From Nitrospirota bacterium (GTDB taxonomy: Bacteria; Nitrospirota; UBA9217), in assembly GCA_963818475.1 (NCBI GenBank), contig CAWFSF010000006.1:864001-928000 (forward strand): a stretch of DNA of 64,000 bases, in the 5' to 3' direction. Shown one piece after another: positions 9,437 through 19,123 of this stretch. Made by a program: the position numbers and the translations under genes. The number at the start of each line of letters is the position of its first letter. The first letter of the stretch is position 1. The notes under the pieces are model-generated. The model was not told where the DNA came from. It was given only the letters and a program-made list of their open reading frames with translations, and made no database searches.

Positions 9437-9910
9437 CTACTTGGCGGACAGAACAATGTCCCCCTTGGTGCCTTCCACAATGGCAATGAGCTCACTCTGC
9501 TCCTTTGGAGGGACCTTGAACTTATTCAGGCTCTTCTTGAAGTCAACCACCATTGCCTGCCACTCTGTCTCGGTGATGTCAAGATGACTGTGAGCATCCT
9601 TCATGGAGCGCCCCGTGTACTGGCAGGGGCCGCCGGTCACCTGGCAGACCAGGGCGGTCACCTGAAATTTCAGTCCGGCTTTGGGTACCCGCTGTCTTGC
9701 TTTGTTGATTTTCGGATTTGCGTTCAGCGTCTTGTTGATCAACAGCCGTTCAATAAAGTCGTCCACGAGGGTCGCGATGCTGTAAACGCCCCCAAGCCGA
9801 TCATGCAGCGACGGCTCCTGCTTCTCCTGAGCGCCGGCGGGGACAGCATTCCCCAGGACGGTCAGGACGACCAGGAATGAAAAAGCCATTACCATACTGA
9901 GTTTCTTCAT
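9437..9910 (-). CDS. Group 1 truncated hemoglobin with signal peptide
   Basis: SLHDRLGG, TGGPCQYTGRSMKDAHSHLDIT; N-terminal signal ending AGA. Confidence 0.88.
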   Translation of the reverse strand: MKKLSMVMAFSFLVVLTVLGNAVPAGAQEKQEPSLHDRLGGVYSIATLVDDFIERLLINKTLNANPKINKARQRVPKAGLKFQVTALVCQVTGGPCQYTGRSMKDAHSHLDITETEWQAMVVDFKKSLNKFKVPPKEQSELIAIVEGTKGDIVLSAK

Positions 9911-10064
9911 AGGTTCCACAACTCCTTTCTTGGTGAAAAAAACTTTTTCTCCCCCCTCGCTTTCCATCCAGAAAGGACGGGCCATCGGAGAATTTTTCTA
10001 AAGTATATCCCTGCCCTCCGAATTGTCAAGCCGGCATACTGCGCCTTAAATGCCCTCATACGCC

Positions 10065-10111
10065 ACCTGTCGGTTTTGACAGGTGACACACGTTGAAAAT
10101 ATTCATATAAT
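10065..10111 (+). promoter_or_regulatory. lux-box-like palindrome plus -10 (copy 2)
   Basis: ACCTGTCGGTTTTGACAGGT, 21 nt, TATAAT. Confidence 0.8.
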
Positions 10112-10122
10112 AAACCATTACC

Positions 10123-10190
10123 TCGCTCTTCCCCCAGATCGTCGGCGGCGCCTTTATCGGGGCCGGTATCGGGCTCGCCGTAAGCAGGCG
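10123..10190 (+). pseudogene. Third, heavily deleted lysE fragment
   Basis: gctcttcccccagatcgtcggc fused to ggcgcctttatcggggccggtatcgggctcgccgtaagcaggcg. Confidence 0.75.
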
Positions 10191-10402
10191 CTGAGCAGCC
10201 ATCGTCCTTCCTTCCTGCTCTCTAAATTAATGAACTTCACCTGTGCTATAATTAAAAAGCGATCATCCAAGAAACAGTAGTACTGTGATTTACAATGGTT
10301 GTGAAAGAAAGATATAAATGGATATTTAGTGAATCTTTTTGATGTCTGAACGATGATCGCGAGCCGTGATTTGAAATCAAAAAGGCCGGGAGAACATACA
10401 CC

Positions 10403-10588
10403 ATGGGATTATGGTCAAAAATAAAAAATGCCGTTAAGAAGGCCGTTACGGTTGTTGTCAATATCGTTAAAGGCATTGTACGTGACCTGTTGTGTACTAC
10501 AAGGGGACGTAGTTGCACCCGTTGCGTAGCGGACAATGATGCAGTGACCGCAGTCGACTTTATTTGGGATGGAGACATCGCACTCTGA
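10403..10588 (+). CDS. Small protein with cationic amphipathic N-terminus
   Basis: MGLWSKIKNAVKKAVTVVVNIVKGIV; RBS gggag. Confidence 0.45.
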   Translation: MGLWSKIKNAVKKAVTVVVNIVKGIVRDLLCTTRGRSCTRCVADNDAVTAVDFIWDGDIAL

Positions 10589-10618
10589 ATCCTCGCCCAC
10601 CAGGAAAGGACCGCGACC

Positions 10619-11248
10619 GTGTCCCTTGAATTCTGGCTCCTCTACGCAGTCACCGTCTTCCTCGCCTCGATCAGCCCCGGTCCCAGCATGCTGCTTGCCC
10701 TGACGCACGGCATGAAGTACGGTACGCGGCGGACCATGACGACGGCGGCGGGCAACGTCGTCGCTTCGCTGCTCCAGGCGGCGGTTTCCATCGCAGGTCT
10801 GGGCGCAGTCCTGACCCTGTCAGAGGGCGTGTTCTCGGTCGTCCGGTGGCTGGGGGCGGGGTATCTCATCTACCTTGGCATCGTCACGTGGCAGTCTTCA
10901 TCGCTCTTGCAGGCAGGAGAGGAGGGCGGCGCGCCCAGTCCCGCGCTGACGCTTCGCAGCATGTTCCTCCGGTCGTTCTTCGTTGCAGCGGGGAACCCGA
11001 AGGCGATCATCTTCTTTACGGCGCTCTTCCCCCAGATCGTCGGCAGCGGCGTGCGGCGGCTCTCCGAAGTCTCGATCCTGCTTGCGACGCTGGCGCTCAT
11101 CGCCTTCTTGTGCTTCATGCTCTATGCAACGGCTGGTCAGCGCATCCTTGCGCTCTTCTCCCGGCAGGCCGCCGGCAGACACCTGAACCGGATCGCCGGC
11201 GGCGCTTTTATCGGGGCCGGTATCGGGCTCGCCGTAAGCAGGCGATGA
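10619..11248 (+). CDS. LysE/RhtB family translocator
   Basis: ISPGPSML, GAGYLIYLG, GNPKAIIFFTALFPQ. Confidence 0.92.
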   Translation: MSLEFWLLYAVTVFLASISPGPSMLLALTHGMKYGTRRTMTTAAGNVVASLLQAAVSIAGLGAVLTLSEGVFSVVRWLGAGYLIYLGIVTWQSSSLLQAGEEGGAPSPALTLRSMFLRSFFVAAGNPKAIIFFTALFPQIVGSGVRRLSEVSILLATLALIAFLCFMLYATAGQRILALFSRQAAGRHLNRIAGGAFIGAGIGLAVSRR

Positions 11249-11471
11249 GAGACATGAATATCTTCCGGATTGCCCTTCTTATTTCAGTTCACTGAAAAAA
11301 CCCTCTTGTCTCAGTAGACAGCAATTCTTGCACCCTCCCCTTAGTTCCCTCCCATCGAAGGAAGAGGAGCGTTAATCTTGCTGCGGGGTAGCTCATCATG
11401 AGCCTGTTCCGTTGCGATCCTTGTTCTGGGTCCCGGCCGCATTGCCGGTAATGGCCTTGTTGCGTGCGATC

Positions 11472-11533
11472 GCTACCAGGGAAAAATTCCGGAAAATTAG
11501 GGATTCCCCGGTTGTCATCCGGTCGGAAAGCTG
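11472..11533 (+). promoter_or_regulatory. Upstream motif shared with the luxR promoter
   Basis: AAAATTAGGGATTCCCCGGTTG identical at 22307-22328. Confidence 0.65.
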
Positions 11534-11623
11534 TTACAGATATGCATAGAGGGTGAATATAAAGAAAAGACCTTCTTATCGTATCCGGTCATACCTGAGA
11601 CTGGAATAATCGAGGATATCTCC

Positions 11624-12022
11624 ATGGATGGTGTGCAAGAAAAAGTCGTTCCTGATTCTGAACGCCGACGGGAACAACGAAATCCGGTCTCGTTCCCCCC
11701 TGATTATCAGCGCTATATCAACTGCGAAGTAAAAATGGACGATGTCTTCGTTTCCGTCATTCTTCACAACTTCAGCGAAAGCGGTGTTCTCTTCGAAAGC
11801 CGCGTGCCGTTCGAAATAAAATCGTATGCCGACTGCGTCATTTCGATATCCCAGTCGCTTTCAAGAAAAATCGCTTTCGCTATTCGAGTAAAACACTGTC
11901 AGAAAAAAAATAATGCCTATTTTGTCGGTGCGGTGATCGAGACGCCTGTCGATGCAACCTGGTTTAATATCTTTCGAGCAGTTGCCGATTTTATCAGGAA
12001 GCGGCAGGGCGATATATATTGA
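11624..12022 (+). CDS. PilZ domain protein
   Basis: RREQR and NFSESG motifs. Confidence 0.8.
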   Translation: MDGVQEKVVPDSERRREQRNPVSFPPDYQRYINCEVKMDDVFVSVILHNFSESGVLFESRVPFEIKSYADCVISISQSLSRKIAFAIRVKHCQKKNNAYFVGAVIETPVDATWFNIFRAVADFIRKRQGDIY

Positions 12023-12113
12023 AAAGGGCGTAGCACAACGGCATTGGACCAGACATATTCAGGACCATCTGACGTCTTGCCTGAAATTCCTCTTTGAATT
12101 CCTTATATAAGCC

Positions 12114-12160
12114 ACCTGTCAGTTTTGACAGGTGACAAACGTTAAAAATATTCATATAAT
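12114..12160 (+). promoter_or_regulatory. lux-box-like palindrome plus -10 (copy 3)
   Basis: ACCTGTCAGTTTTGACAGGT, 21 nt, TATAAT. Confidence 0.8.
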
Positions 12161-12203
12161 TATTTTTAGGTAGTTGCCAAACATCCCACCAGGAGGCAGA
12201 AGA

Positions 12204-14069
12204 ATGCAAAACTTCAGACAGATCCTGAAAAAAGACAAGGCGCTCCGGGAAGAGGTCGAGCATCTGGTCGAAAGCGGGAGAAACCTGCCCATAGCCAGGC
12301 GGCAAGGCGTCAATTCTTCCACCATCAAAAAAGCTATGATCGGGCCGCACAACGAGCTGCCAAGGGCAGAGGCAATGGTCCAGCGGCATCTACGGCCAGC
12401 CCTGCTGATCCGGAACAACAAGATCGAAACCCCGGAGTCTCTGGAAATCCGCAAGCGTCTGCTTCCGTACATCGGGAAAGTGGAGAGCAGGGTTCCTTCC
12501 GTGGGCAGGATCGAGTTCGAGAAGATCGGCCGGCCCTTCGGCGGTACCGGTTGGATGATCAGCGAGGATGTCATCGTCACGAACAGGCACGTTGCCGCGC
12601 TCATGGCGACGAAAAAGGGAAACACCATAACCTTCATTAAGAACCAGATGGGCGAGACGGTCCAGGCATGCATTGATTTCAAGGAGGAGTTTCTCGGAAA
12701 TAATCTCGCTACTCCCGAATTCGAGATCCCCATCGAGAAAGTGCTGTTCATGACGGACAACATCAATACCCAGCCCGATATCGCCTTTGTCAAGATACGG
12801 AAGCATCCCCGGTTGCCCCAGCCCATCCCCATCAGCGATACTCCTCTTACAAAAGATCAGTTCGTCTCCGTGATAGGATATCCCGCGTACGATCCCGACG
12901 GGATCATCAGCCCCGGTGCAGCAACGGATGTGTTTCACGACATCTACGGTGTGAAGCGGTGCTCGCCGGGCGAGATCATGGAGTACGACAAGAACGGCTG
13001 GTATTTCTTCCATGACTGCACGACCCTGGGCGGGAACTCCGGCTCCGTGGTGCTGGACAATTCGACCGGGTATGCGGTCGGTCTCCATTTCATGGGAGAA
13101 GTGAAAAAGGAAAATTACGCCGTGAAAAGCACGGAGATCATCAAGTACCTCCGCAAGATAAAAACGTCCGTGTACATCAGATCGGTCCCCGGTGAAGTGA
13201 GGGCCAAGGAACGGGCCGGTGGTCCGGAACCGGAAGCGGCTCCGGAAAGTTACGACGACCGCAAGGGTTACCAGGTAGATTTCCTGGATCCCAGGTTTCC
13301 CGTGCCCCTCCCCGTCGTCTCCCGGAACAAACAGCAGGTGCTCACTTTCGGCAGCAACCGCAAAGGAGCGTCGGAGCTGAAATACCATCACTTCAGCGTT
13401 GTGATGAACAAGGAACGTCGCATGTGCTTCTTCAGCATCTGCAACATCGACGGGAAGCAGAGCAAGCGGGGTGTAGCGAGGACAGGCTGGAAATGGGACC
13501 CCCGGCTCCTGAAAAAGTACCAGATCAAGGACGAATGTTACGGCAATCCTCCCCACTTTGCCCGCGGTCACATGACCCGCAAGGAGGACCCCATCTGGGG
13601 AAGCCTGCAAACGGCGCGTGCTGCCTGCTCGGACACCTTTCACGTCACCAACGCAACTCCCCAGATGCAACCGTTCAATGCCCCGGTCTGGCTCGCGCTC
13701 GAAGATTATGCGCTCGAGAACGCCCGCCAGGATGATATGAAAATCACGGTGATCACGGGCCCCATCTTTCATGATGAGGATCCGGTCAGGTTCGATGTGC
13801 AGGTCCCTGTCGAGTTTTTCAAGATCATCGCGTTCATCCATGACGAGACCGGCAAATTATGCGCCACAGCCTACACCGTCTCGCAGGCGGATTATCTGAC
13901 CAACGAAGAGTTCGTATACGGGGAATTCAAGACGTACCAGGTCTCGATCAAGTCGATCGAAAACAAAACAGGGATCGATTTCGGCAAGCTTGCAACGGCA
14001 GATCCGAAAAAAGGGGAAGAGGCGCTTTCCACGGCGCTTATGAACGTCGAGGATATTGTTTTCAATTAA
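12204..14069 (+). CDS. Trypsin-like serine protease fused to DNA/RNA non-specific endonuclease
   Basis: TNRH, PDIA, GGNSGS; ARGH, TNATPQ, FNAPVWLALE. Confidence 0.9.
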   Translation: MQNFRQILKKDKALREEVEHLVESGRNLPIARRQGVNSSTIKKAMIGPHNELPRAEAMVQRHLRPALLIRNNKIETPESLEIRKRLLPYIGKVESRVPSVGRIEFEKIGRPFGGTGWMISEDVIVTNRHVAALMATKKGNTITFIKNQMGETVQACIDFKEEFLGNNLATPEFEIPIEKVLFMTDNINTQPDIAFVKIRKHPRLPQPIPISDTPLTKDQFVSVIGYPAYDPDGIISPGAATDVFHDIYGVKRCSPGEIMEYDKNGWYFFHDCTTLGGNSGSVVLDNSTGYAVGLHFMGEVKKENYAVKSTEIIKYLRKIKTSVYIRSVPGEVRAKERAGGPEPEAAPESYDDRKGYQVDFLDPRFPVPLPVVSRNKQQVLTFGSNRKGASELKYHHFSVVMNKERRMCFFSICNIDGKQSKRGVARTGWKWDPRLLKKYQIKDECYGNPPHFARGHMTRKEDPIWGSLQTARAACSDTFHVTNATPQMQPFNAPVWLALEDYALENARQDDMKITVITGPIFHDEDPVRFDVQVPVEFFKIIAFIHDETGKLCATAYTVSQADYLTNEEFVYGEFKTYQVSIKSIENKTGIDFGKLATADPKKGEEALSTALMNVEDIVFN

Positions 14070-14156
14070 AATGAGCCTGCCTGTTGTAACGGCACTTTGG
14101 CCAGAAACTTTGATCCGCTGTTGTAACGAGGACATTCAACACCTAAAGTGCATATA

Positions 14157-14204
14157 GGGTCACTTCTTACCCTTGTCATAATTGTCCCACAAAGAAGTGA
14201 CCCC
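14157..14204. repeat. REP-like hairpin; empty equivalent of the intron insertion site
   Basis: GGGTCACTTCTT ... AAGAAGTGACCCC; second copy at 16781-16829. Confidence 0.85.
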
Positions 14205-14325
14205 AATTGTCCTTATGATGAGTGAGGTTTAAATGGCTGAAACACTTTAAATCAGGTGCAATATATCGGAAGCAACAATAACCCAGAGCAATTCCAGAAT
14301 TCAATTCTTGACAAGGAGGAGTTCT

Positions 14326-16659
14326 ATGAAGACCAAATTTTTCGTTGTGGCGATGCGCAAGGGCATCGTACTGGAAAGTCTAGTCGTTCTGCTTTTTTTG
14401 ATTGGATTGGCTTCTCAAAGTTCTGCCACTCCGCCGACGCCGCCGGCGCAAATCGTACTCCCTGAAGGACTGCTTGAAGAAGTCACTCTCACCGGAAAGG
14501 TTTTGCCGATACAGATCAAAATGAATGAAGAAATCATCGAGCTGCAAGTAGTTGCTACGCAACAGAAGCTGGTCCGCGGCAAAGGTGCTTTTGAACAGCC
14601 TGCGCCCGAAGTACTCATGGAAAAGAGCCAAAAGGCGATAAAAGAGAAGAAAGAAGATCATGAAGTTCCCTTAAAACTGGAACAGCCGGGAAATTATCTT
14701 ATCGATATCCGGATAAAGGGAAAAACCGCGAAAGGCGTAGGTTTTTCGGACCGACTCAACCGTTACGTTGTCATCAAAGAAAACGGCGTGGCAACGATGA
14801 TCAGCCCCGCAGAATTTCAGAGGCGTAACGAGAAGGCGCGAGAAAAGCTTTTTATGAATGAAAACGAGAAAAATACGAATAATCATCCCATTCGAGTACT
14901 TTTTGAGGACACAGTAAAGGTTCCGGAAGGCGTAAGAAAAACGATAAAGCCTTATGATGTTCCGAAAGACCGTCGCCTGGAAGTGCGTCCTGAGGGACCC
15001 TCTGAATTTTTACGCAAACATAGTATCGATCACAGTGCGACCAGCTGGACTTCAAAAGATCCAATCACGGTTAGTGGACGCCTAGTATTTCAGGACATCG
15101 ATGGCGTGGGGAAGCCGCTGGTGAACGTCGGCGTCTACCTCTGGGATTCAGATGTTTTCAGCGACGAATACCTGGGCGCTGTCGCCACCGATTGGGATGG
15201 CCGCTGGTCATTCACGGTGAACAACGATGACGGCTGGCTACAAGATGGCCGGGATATATATTATACGTTCAAACTCGAAAATACCCGTCTCAGTACGGGG
15301 AGTTGCGGCGGCGGGGCTTACGAGTGGAAATCGGCAGTTCATGACGACCTCTCTGAGGGGACGGTGTTAGATTTCGGAGACGAAACGGCCAGCACCAGCA
15401 TGGAGGCGCTACAGGTATGGAGTACGCTTAATCTGGCATGGAACCACGCCGCCGCAGTGGGTGGCTGGGACCCGGGGAGGATCGATTCGTGCTATCCTTC
15501 CTCCGGCACGTTTTATAACGGGACGGTAAACGTGCTCGGCTCCGACAATGATGGCCCCGATTCAATTACCCACGAATACGGTCATGGCCTCATGGCGCAT
15601 GCATATACGGACGGCGATCCTTCCCCGGGCGGGGCGCATGGTTTCGGCGATTGCAATCAGAATCGATCACTGTCGTGGTCTGAAGGGTGGGCGACCGCCT
15701 TTATGCTCTCCGTCCGGCCCGATAATCGCTATAACTGGCACGAAGGGGACGGAGGGCAGGAACTCGAATCGTTCCAGTCAACCTGTCACACGGGGGAGAC
15801 CAGCGAAGGATGGGTCGTCGCCGCGCTGCTCGATATGATGGACTCGAACGACGACGACAACGGCGGCAATCTGAATCGCGGTCGCAACGGCGCGCGGGAT
15901 CATAATACCGGCAACGAGGTTGCACTCGCAACAATCCTGCGGGACACCATGGTCGGCAGTAGTCATCACAACGACGTCCTGGAGTTTTGGAGCAGCCTAT
16001 CGGGAGAACTCGACGCTACCCATCGAAATCTGGCGCAGGAAATAATGAACTATGAATGGATGAGTGTTTTGATGCCTTCTTCATGCGTAGCGACGAAAGT
16101 TGCGACGGCGCGCGAAGCAAACCGGGAACCGATGCTTGCCGGACTGCGCAAATTTCGGGATCTCGCCCTCAAAAACTGGTCGCATGGACGCGAGCTGATC
16201 AATATGTACTATCGTAACAGTCCGGAAATAGCGATAACTCTCTTGAGCAATCCAAAGTTGATTCCGGCAGCGTTGAGCGTCATGAGGCATTTTTCAGAAA
16301 TCGGCACTACCGTTAGCAACCATCGCGCATATACTAAGAAGATGGTACAAAATCCGGAAGTGCTTCCTGGAGAAGTGATTGCATCTATCGAGGCCATTAC
16401 TCAGGTATTGTATAAGAACGGGAGTGCCGAATTGAAGGCCGACATAGATCGCGTGCGCAAGGATGTCGATGGTCTCAAGGGCGTGAGACTGCAGGAATTA
16501 CAGGAGCGCGTTACAAAGTTGAAAGCCGGGGAGCAAGGCAAAGGGCTTACCGCTATCAAGCAAAACAGCTTGACGCCAGCAAGCCAGAAAGCCTTAAAAG
16601 AATTGAAATTACAGACAATCATAAAGCAAGGGTTGCCGGAGATAAAGCCGGCACCGTAG
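14326..16659 (+). CDS. Secreted putative zinc metalloprotease with CFI-box-CTERM-like C-terminal region
   Basis: Signal peptide; ITHEYGH and WSEGWA; CVAT..LRKFRD..YYRNSP. Confidence 0.7.
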   Translation: MKTKFFVVAMRKGIVLESLVVLLFLIGLASQSSATPPTPPAQIVLPEGLLEEVTLTGKVLPIQIKMNEEIIELQVVATQQKLVRGKGAFEQPAPEVLMEKSQKAIKEKKEDHEVPLKLEQPGNYLIDIRIKGKTAKGVGFSDRLNRYVVIKENGVATMISPAEFQRRNEKAREKLFMNENEKNTNNHPIRVLFEDTVKVPEGVRKTIKPYDVPKDRRLEVRPEGPSEFLRKHSIDHSATSWTSKDPITVSGRLVFQDIDGVGKPLVNVGVYLWDSDVFSDEYLGAVATDWDGRWSFTVNNDDGWLQDGRDIYYTFKLENTRLSTGSCGGGAYEWKSAVHDDLSEGTVLDFGDETASTSMEALQVWSTLNLAWNHAAAVGGWDPGRIDSCYPSSGTFYNGTVNVLGSDNDGPDSITHEYGHGLMAHAYTDGDPSPGGAHGFGDCNQNRSLSWSEGWATAFMLSVRPDNRYNWHEGDGGQELESFQSTCHTGETSEGWVVAALLDMMDSNDDDNGGNLNRGRNGARDHNTGNEVALATILRDTMVGSSHHNDVLEFWSSLSGELDATHRNLAQEIMNYEWMSVLMPSSCVATKVATAREANREPMLAGLRKFRDLALKNWSHGRELINMYYRNSPEIAITLLSNPKLIPAALSVMRHFSEIGTTVSNHRAYTKKMVQNPEVLPGEVIASIEAITQVLYKNGSAELKADIDRVRKDVDGLKGVRLQELQERVTKLKAGEQGKGLTAIKQNSLTPASQKALKELKLQTIIKQGLPEIKPAP

Positions 16660-16829
16660 TTTCAATAATAGATATGAAGGCCAATGTATCAGACGTTTAT
16701 CATTCGAGATTTTGACTCTTGCCTTCCAATACAAATGGGCTTCGTAGCTACGTCTTTTGAGGGAGAACCGGTGTCATATAGGGTCACTTCTTTATCATTG
16801 TCATCATTGTCAAGATCAAAGAAGTGACC

Positions 16830-18742
16830 GTTCGCAGTAACAACTGATTATCTCGCGGGTTCAAGTCCCGCCCAAGGAGTTGTCCGTACACCTTGGTAGC
16901 ACGAGGGAGCGGCGTCTGAGCAATCAGAGGTCGTGAGTTCCCAAACGGCAAAGCTACAGGCCGCAGCGAAAGCGAACCTACACGTAGCCTCGTAACTTAT
17001 TCGGAGATGCCGACCTTGTGGTCAAATGGGGAAGGCCGATGCGCGCTGATTCAGACAACGGAATCGATCTGTGCGATCTCCCGGGGTAGCAGGGGCGGCA
17101 TGCAGCGGAAGATAAGCAGTCCAGTGCTGGAGACCCCATACAGTGATGTTAGAGGAACATCAACCGGTGCGTATAAGGAAACGAAAACGCACTGGGCTGT
17201 ATCGGGAGTCGGAGGGGTCCATAGTATCGTTTGAAGGTATGGGACAACATAACCCTGCCCGAGAAAAGGGACCCTGCTTTGTTCACGCAACCGAAGGAGA
17301 GAGGATGAGGGGATTGCAGAGATGCTAACAACCCCAGATACAATCAGGACACTCCAGAGGAAGCTCTACCGTAAGGCCAAGCAAGAACCGGCCTACCGCT
17401 TTTACGCGCTCTACGACAAGATACACCGGGCCGACATCCTCAGTCACGCCTACCATCTTGTCAGGGCCAACAAAGGAAGCGCCGGCATCGACGGCGTCAC
17501 CTTCGAGGCCATAGAGACCGGAGAAGGGGTAATCGCCTTTTTGGCGGAGCTGCAAGAAGCACTGAAGAGCAAGACCTATGCACCAAACCCTGTAAAGCGC
17601 GTCATGATCCCCAAAGGAGACGGCACAGAGCGTCCCTTGGGAATCCCGACCATTAGGGACAGGGTGGCCCAGATGGCCGTAAAACTGGTCATCGAACCGA
17701 TATTTGAAGCGGATTTTATAGACACCTCATACGGATTCAGACCCAAGAAGTCGGCCCATGATGCAATCGAAGACATATCGTATGCCCTTAACTGCGGTTA
17801 TACGGAAGTCATCGACGCCGATGTGTCCAGGTACTTCGACACCATTCCCCATGCCAAACTCATGGCCGTGGTCGCCGAGCGCATCGTTGACAGTGCGATT
17901 CTGCACATTATCCAGATGTGGCTCAAGGCCCCGGTTATGGAAGTGGACAAGGACGGAACGAAGCGCAACATCGGCGGCGGCAAGGCAAACACCAAAGGAA
18001 CACCGCAGGGCGGTGTCATCTCGCCGCTCCTGGCCAATCTCTATCTGCACCTGTTAGATAGGATATGGCATAAGAAGAAGCTTCAGTATAGGCTCGAAGC
18101 GCGTCTTGTCCGGTATGCCGACGATTTTGTCGTGCTGTGCAGAAAGGGAACTGAGCAGCCGATGGCGGTTGTGCGCCGGGTGCTCGAACGACTGGGACTT
18201 GTACTCAATGAGAACAAGACCCGCATGGTGAACGCCAAGCAAGAAGGCTTCAACTTCCTTGGATTTGAACTTCGTATGGGGAAAAGTCGGAGAACGGGCA
18301 ACCTTTACCCCCTTATACAACCGTCACGAAAAGCCCTGAAGAAGATCAAAGACAGCGTTACCGCTCTTACACACAGGCGGATGACGCCGAAGCCGCTTAC
18401 TATGATAATCGAAGATATCAATACCGCCCTCCGGGGCTGGGTCGGGTACTTTCATTACCGCAATAGCAGCAAGGCGTTCAATCGTCTCAAGTTTCATGTG
18501 GAAGCGCGAGTGCGCACGCATCTGCGAAAGCGGCATAAGATCAAAAGCAGGGCAGCGGGGTTTACCAGGTTCACCAACAGGTCTTTGTACGAGAAGTATG
18601 GGCTCTATAAAGTGCCGACGACAGCGGGCTGGCTGAAGGCGCATGCCTTGCGGTGAAGAACATCGGAAAGCCGTGTGCGGGAAAACTGCATGCACGGTTT
18701 GATGAGGGAGGGCTGGTCAATACGACCAGCTCTCTACTCTAC
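16830..18742 (+). mobile_element. Group II intron inserted at GTGACC/CC of a REP-like hairpin
   Basis: 5' GTTCG; domain V aagccgtgtgcgggaaaactgcatgcacggtttgatgagg; 3' ctactctAC; flanks rejoin to match 14191-14207. Confidence 0.9.
17322..18656 (+). CDS. ltrA: Group II intron reverse transcriptase/maturase without endonuclease domain
   Basis: RPLGIPTIRDR, GTPQGGVISPLLAN, RYADD, LRGWVGYF. Confidence 0.95.
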   Translation: MLTTPDTIRTLQRKLYRKAKQEPAYRFYALYDKIHRADILSHAYHLVRANKGSAGIDGVTFEAIETGEGVIAFLAELQEALKSKTYAPNPVKRVMIPKGDGTERPLGIPTIRDRVAQMAVKLVIEPIFEADFIDTSYGFRPKKSAHDAIEDISYALNCGYTEVIDADVSRYFDTIPHAKLMAVVAERIVDSAILHIIQMWLKAPVMEVDKDGTKRNIGGGKANTKGTPQGGVISPLLANLYLHLLDRIWHKKKLQYRLEARLVRYADDFVVLCRKGTEQPMAVVRRVLERLGLVLNENKTRMVNAKQEGFNFLGFELRMGKSRRTGNLYPLIQPSRKALKKIKDSVTALTHRRMTPKPLTMIIEDINTALRGWVGYFHYRNSSKAFNRLKFHVEARVRTHLRKRHKIKSRAAGFTRFTNRSLYEKYGLYKVPTTAGWLKAHALR

Positions 18743-19020
18743 CCAATAGTTCCCAAAGTTGGCCCGATGCACAAACTGGTGTTAGTGGGGCGTAGATCAG
18801 GAGAAGGGCAGCTGGAACATTATTTCCCCAGAGTGAACGCCTCATCCAGCTTGACCGAAGGTATCAAGAAATCCACGGATGATTTGCTTTCCAGCTATGC
18901 GATGGGTATTTGGTCAGCCGTACGGGGTCATAACTGTCGGCATGTCCTCCCATTATTCGTCAAACATCGCGTTTCCTCCTTTACCGATCGATGTATCTCC
19001 TTAAAACCCGAAAAAACACC

Positions 19021-19067
19021 ACCTGTCAGTTCTGACAGGTGACAAGTGCTAAAAATATTCATATAAT
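19021..19067 (+). promoter_or_regulatory. lux-box-like palindrome plus -10 (copy 4)
   Basis: ACCTGTCAGTTCTGACAGGT, 21 nt, TATAAT. Confidence 0.8.
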
Positions 19068-19123
19068 ATTTAATATTGCACTAATCATCTTGATCTGTTC
19101 TCGCGGGCCCTCATTCAACGCGT

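Noticed and set aside
16836-16844. AGTAACAAC shared between the intron 5' end and the Y1 inverted repeat
   Set aside because: Only 9 nt and part of a local CAGT/ACTG hairpin; probably coincidence.
496-18656. Diversity-generating retroelement (Avd-like gene, RT, near-identical repeats)
   Set aside because: The RT lies within a group II intron with domains V/VI, and mismatches in the 148-bp repeat are not adenine-specific.
18653-19042. ORF following the intron RT
   Set aside because: Overlaps intron domains V/VI and a lux box; no protein features.
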